Of a stretch of 64,000 nt of DNA, positions 58,944 to 64,000 are shown piece after piece (position 1 is the stretch's first letter; the number at the start of each line of letters is the position of its first letter). The notes beneath the pieces are model-generated. The model searched no databases. It was not told the origin of the DNA and saw only the letters and a list, made by a program, of their open reading frames with translations. The translations under genes were made by a program, and so were the position numbers. This DNA is from Scenedesmus sp. PABB004 (lineage: Eukaryota). The stretch is from positions 1,674,001-1,738,000 of the forward strand of contig JABVCE010000004.1 of the NCBI GenBank assembly GCA_014905635.1, in the 5' to 3' direction.

Positions 58944-61900
58944 TCAGGGCTCGAACGACGGCGCCTGGCGCTTGCCGCCCCAGCTCGCCTCGTAGAGCAG
59001 GCGCGGCAGGAGGTCCCGGTAGGGGTCTGCCTGGCGCATGCGCAGCAGGTAGCCCAGCCCGTCCTCGACCTCGCCCTTCACGCGCTCGTACAGCGCCTGG
59101 CAGCCCGCCCGGTCGGCCGCGAGGGCGGGGTGCGTGGGGATGGGGGCGCGGAAGACAAAGTAGGTGCGGGAGGGGAGGTTGGGCGTGAAGAAGCCAGGCT
59201 GCGGGGGCGCGCCGGCGGGGGGGGGGGGGTGAGATTGCGTGTGTGCGTGCGTGTGTGTGTGTGGGGGGGGGGGGGGGGGTGAGGCAACGGGCGAGCGAGC
59301 GGCGGCGGCGCGCGCGCACCGAGCCAAACGCCTCGACGTCCTCCATCGTCGCGTTGACGCCGACGCGCGCGCGCGGGATGGCCGCGAGCCGCGCCACGTC
59401 CTCGGGGCTGCGCTGCCAGGGCAGGCGGAAGGGCAGGCCCTCCGGCAGCGCCGGCAGCAGCCGGCCGAGCGCGTCGACCTCCTCTGCGCTGAGGTGCGTG
59501 GTGATGGCCTCGTCCACGCCCACCGCGGCAAAGGGCACGATCGTGGCGCCAAACTTGGCGGCCATGCGCACAAACTCGGCCTTGCCCGGCCAGATGAGCT
59601 TGTAGGCCTCGCCCTTGCGCTTGAACGCCTGGCGCAGGCGGTGGCCGCGGCGTGGGGGCGCGTCGGCACGCGTGGGCGCGCGCGCGTGCGACCGCGTGCG
59701 GCCCCGGGCCCATGTGTGCGCTGCGCTGCGCTTCGCGCTGCGCGCTGCGGTGTGGCGCGCGCGGCCCCACCTCGCGCGCGCCGCCGGGGTAGAGCAGCAC
59801 CACCTCGCCCGCCGCGAGCAGGGCGTGCATGTTCTTGCCCGCGACCGGCACCGCGCCGTACGTGCTCAGCAGCCCGCTGAACGCGGCCGCGCCGGCCGCG
59901 CCGTCCTCCTTGTCGCCGCCGCCGCCGCGCGCCGCGCCGTTGCTGCGCGCCGCCGCGGCGAGGCCCTCGGGCCCGGCAAAGACGATCGGGTGCGCCAGGC
60001 CGCGCGGCAGCACGCCCAGCTCGTCCTGGAAGGCCTGGATCATGGGGTACATGTCGCCGGCAAAGAACTGCGGCGCAGTCGCACGGGGAGTAGGGTTGAG
60101 TAGGGGCAACACGCGCGGCGCGTGGGCGGGCCAGGCCCCCCGCGCGGCGCGGGCGGGGCCGCGGCGCCAGGCCGCGGCGCCGCCGCCGCCGCCGCCGCGC
60201 GCCTGGTGGTTTCCGATGAGCAGCACGGGGCGGTCGTGCACGGGCACGCCGGCGAGGCCGCGCACGACGCGGCCGTCGGGCGCGGTGCTGTAAAACACGG
60301 GCGAGGTGAGGCGGTTGATGGTCGACACAAAGCCGCCCGCGTCGAGCTCCAGCTCGCGCCGCGTGGGCAGCTGGATGGGCACCGCCTTGCCGAACGACGC
60401 GCCGCCGCCGTCGGTCGCGGTCACGCTCGGCCGGCCGTTGCTCATGCGGCGCTCGGTGATGTAGAAGCCCTCAGCCTGCCGGGCGCGACGGGGGAGGGGC
60501 GGGCAGTGGTGGTGTGCGCGAGGGGGGCGGCGCCGAGCCGCCATCCCCCAGCCGCGCGCCCCCGCCGCGCAGCGCAGCCTCCTCCCCCGCCGCGCCCAGC
60601 TCAACCGCCGCGCACCTCCAGCAGCTGCACCAGGTCCACGCCCGCCTCCTGCAGCAGCGCGTGGCCGCGGTCGGGCAGCACGCGCGTGCGCGCACGCGGC
60701 AGCGACTTGCCCTGCGGGCGGCGGCGGCGGCGGCGGCGGCGCGTGGGCGCCCGCCCCCGGCCCGGCCCCGGCCGCGGGGCGCGCGCGCAGGCAGGCGGCC
60801 CGGCGGCCGGCCCGCGCGCGCACCAGGCGCTCCGCCTCGTCCTTGCTGGGGATGAGCAGGTCCCGCTCGCCGCTAAGCACCAGCACGCGCTGCTGCACGC
60901 TGCGCAGCCGCGGCGCCACCCACGCGCTGCCCTGCTCGAGCAGCTTGAGCCGCCACGCCAACGTCTCGGGCGGCAGCACGAGGCGCAGCGCCGCCAGCTG
61001 CGGCGCGAGACCGACCAGGCCCTGCGCGCGCGGTGCGGCGCGGGCGCGGCGGCGCGGCGGCGCGCGTCGGCCGCTGCGTCCCGCGCCCGTGCTGTGCGCC
61101 GCGCCGCGCGGCAGGCGCGCTCACGTAGAGCAGGTCTGAGCCCTGCTGCAGCAGCGGCGCGGAGCGGTCGACGTCGTTCAGCGCCATCGAGATGGGGTTG
61201 GACAGCACCGGCGCGAGCACAAAGGGCAGGAACTTGTACACCTCATCAGGCAGCTGTCGCGACCCGGGCGGCGGGCGGCAGACGGTGGTTAGGCGAGCGC
61301 GCGCGCGAGCGCACGGGGCCCAGGCGCGTCGCTGGCCGCCGCCGGTGCGCGCCGCGCGCGCCTGCGTGAGGAGCGGGCCGGCGGCGGGCCAGACGCTCTT
61401 GTCGAAGCTGGTCGCGGGGTTGACGAGCACCAGGCGGTCGACGTAGTCGCCCAACCGAGACGCGAGCGCGAGGCAGAGCAGGCCGCCAAACGACTCGCCC
61501 AGCAGGTACACCGGCCGCCCGCCGTCGCTCGCGTCCAGCTCGGCCTTGATCAGCGCCTGGCGGCCGCGCCGGCCGCGGCGCGGCGGCGGTCAGGTCAGGG
61601 CGACGCGGCGGCCGGGGCGGTGCGGCGGGCCTGTGCAGCGGCCGCCCGCTGGCGGCGCCGCGCCGCCCCCGCCGCCCTGCGCGCCGCCGCCACCGTCCGT
61701 CCCGCTCGTTGCTGGGCGCGCGCGCGCGCGCACCGCCACGGTGTCGACGAGCTCCTCAAAGCTGCTGCGGTCGGTGCGCGGGACGATGAGGCAGCGCAGG
61801 TCGAACGCCGCGGTGAGGCGCGGGAACTGGCGGTACGCGGCGAGGCCGCTGCCGTCAATGCCAGGCATGTAGTACATCAGCGGCAGCTCCGCCGCGGGCG

Positions 61901-62513
61901 GCGCGCCGGGCGGCTTGGGGACGAGCGGGCTGAACAGCCGCGGCGGCCCGCCGTCGGTCGCGAGCGCCGAGCCGAGCAGCGTGTCGTCGCGCAGCGTGCG
62001 CTCCGGGTCGCCGAGCAGCGTCTCCGCGAAGCGCGCGAGGTCGAGCTCCGGGATGAGCGGCCGCGGCGCGGGCGGCGCCGACGCGGGCCGGCGCCGCGCC
62101 GCCGGCGCGGGGGCGGCCGGGGCGGCCGGGGTCGCCGCGGCGGGCGCCGCGCCCTGCGGCGCCGCGCCTGCGACTGCCGCCGGCGTCGGCGCAGGCGGCG
62201 CGGCCGGCGCGGCGGGCGCGGGCGCGAGCACCGCCTCGGGCGCCTCCAGCTCCGCGACTGCGGCGGCGGCAGCGGCGGCCACACGCGGGCGCGCGCGCGC
62301 ATGAGCGGCCGCCGCGGCGCTGCGCGGCGCCCCAGGGCTGTGTCCGGGGCCGGGGCAGCCGCCGGCGGCGCGCGCACCTCGCCGCGCGAGCCGCGCGCCG
62401 CGCCGCGGCGCGCGGCGCTGCTCGTGGCTCGCGCGGGCCGGCGCCGCCGCGACGGCGGCGCCGCCAAGGGCCGCGCGTCCGGGCGCGAGCCGGCCGCTCT
62501 GTTGAGCCAGCAT
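58944..62513 (-). CDS. Phytyl ester synthase / esterase-lipase-thioesterase (ELT) family acyltransferase: alpha/beta-hydrolase plus DAGAT-type acyltransferase domain, probable plastid transit peptide; multi-exon
   Basis: MPGIDGSGL, YLLGESFGG, LVNPATSF, GHALLQE, LIGNHQ|FFAGD (HX4D), LYPGGARE, KFGATIVPFAAVG; Ala/Arg-rich N-terminus from ATG at 62513; stop at 58944. Confidence 0.9.
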
Positions 62514-63056
62514 GGCTGGCTGGCGGGCTGGCGCGCGCGCGTGCGGGCTGCTCCGCTGCTGCGGAGCGCGCAAAGTGTGGGTGCGGCGGTTGCGCCAACC
62601 GCGTCGAGCACCGCGTTGAAGGAGAGCCGGCGCGGCGAGTGAGCGTGGGCAGAGCGGCGAGGCGCGCTCGGGCTGAGCGGTTTTCCCTGCGCCCGCGCTG
62701 CGCCTGCCCCGCGCCGCGGTCGCTGATCAATCCCGGAGGCGCGCAGAGGAGAGGCACTGGCGTCGCAATCCGCCTCCGCGCCCGCGCTGCCATTCGAGGC
62801 GCCCCTCACCAACCTCGCCGCCTGGGCCCCCGCGCGCCCCCGGCGCCTCGGGCGCGGTGCCCTGAGCGCTGAGACGCCGGCGCAGCCGCTGCGGGGCTGC
62901 CGGCGCGGCGTGGGGGGCGCCGGCGCGTGCTGCTCTTGAGAGCATGGCCTCGCGCCCTCCCGAGGGGTGGGCGCCGTCCTGAGGAGGAGCCTGAGAAGGC
63001 CCCCCGGCGCCCGCACGGGCCCGGCAGGCAGCCCGGCCGCGCCGCAGCGGCAGGCG
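62514..63056. promoter_or_regulatory. Divergent intergenic region (putative bidirectional promoter plus 5' UTRs)
   Basis: ~540 nt between head-to-head start codons of the ELT/PES-like gene and the WNK gene; no specific element identified. Confidence 0.4.
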
Positions 63057-64000
63057 ATGGAGGCGCCCACCGCCAACGGCGGGCCCGAGCCCCCCGGCCC
63101 GCCCCCGCCGCCCCCGGAGGACGAGCCGGAGGAGCAGGAGGTCCGGGCCGTGGAGACCGACCCGTCGCGGCGCTACACGCGGGTGCGCCGCGTGCCGGCA
63201 CGGCGCCGCCGGCAGCAGCGAGCGGCAGCCGGGGGCAGGCGCGCGGCGCGGGCGGCGCCGGCCGGCCCGCGGCAGGCGCCCTGCCGCGCCAGCGGCAGTA
63301 GCGCGCGTTGCCTGCGGGCGGCGCGCGGGGGCCGGCCCGCCCGCGCGGCGCGCAGCGCGCCGACGCCGCCACCGCGCCGCGCGCCGCGCGCCGCCGCCAC
63401 CGCGCGCGCAGTACGACACCGTGCTCGGGCGCGGCGCGTTCAAGACGGTGTTCAAGGCCTTTGACGAGGCGGAGGGCATCGAGGTCGCGTGGAACCAGGT
63501 GAAGGTCAACGACCTCGCCAACTCGCCGGCGGAGCGGGAGCGGCTGTTTGCCGAGATCCGCGTGCTCAAGCAGCTGAAGCACAAGAACATCATGAGCTTC
63601 TACGACTCCTGGCTCGACCAGAAGAACCTCACCGTCAACTTCATCACCGAGCTCTTCACGTCCGGCACGCTGCGCCAGTGAGCGGCCCCCGCGGCGGGCG
63701 CGGCGGGCGCGAGGGCGGGAGGGACGGCGGGCGAGAGGAGAGGGAGCCGGCAGCAGCAGGCGCCGCCCAGCCCCAAGCGCGCGGGCGGCTGACGCGGCGG
63801 TGCGGCCGCCGCGCGCGCAGGTACCGCAAGAAGCACAAGATGATTGACGAGCAGGTCCTCAAGCGCTGGGCGTGGCAGATCCTGCAGGGCCTCGTCTACC
63901 TGCACGCGCACGAGCCCGCCATCATACACCGCGACCTCAAGTGCGCACCCGCCCGCACCCGCAACCCGCGCCCGCGTCGGCCGGGGCGGGGCTGGCCCAC
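63057..64000 (+). CDS. WNK: WNK (with-no-lysine) family Ser/Thr protein kinase, 5' part (exons 63057-63182, 63412-63677, 63821-63940)
   Basis: [37 protein letters not shown] (catalytic Lys in subdomain I, none in subdomain II), [20 protein letters not shown]. Confidence 0.95.

Noticed and set aside
59216..59279. Poly-G and (GT)n tracts (also poly-C ~44625-44641 and poly-G ~57647-57663)
   Set aside because: Ordinary intronic low-complexity sequence near acceptor sites; no evidence of a separate function.

Overview
Very GC-rich eukaryotic DNA with short (~85-170 nt) spliceosomal introns, most consistent with a chlorophyte green alga (inference). Positions 1-56676 (+) are the 3' part of one giant, intron-rich, AT-less modular type I polyketide synthase gene whose 5' end lies upstream of the window. 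By manual splicing I trace about 68 introns and roughly 16,000 codons. Ten modules are visible: M1 (partial) DH-ER-KR-ACP; M2 KS-DH-ER-KR-ACP-ACP; M3-M5 KS-DH-ER-KR-ACP; M6 KS-DH0-KR-ACP; M7-M9 KS-DH-ER-KR-ACP; M10 KS-DH0-ACP. The protein ends in an active thioesterase followed by two serine-less thioesterase-like domains. ER-KR cassettes, KS halves and even introns are near-identical between modules. About five apparent single-base deletions interrupt the frame and are probably assembly errors. Downstream are a METTL21-like (Methyltransf_16) gene with a QPE repeat (-), a phytyl-ester-synthase/ELT-like hydrolase-acyltransferase (-) and the 5' part of a WNK kinase (+). Exon and domain boundaries were read by eye and are approximate.
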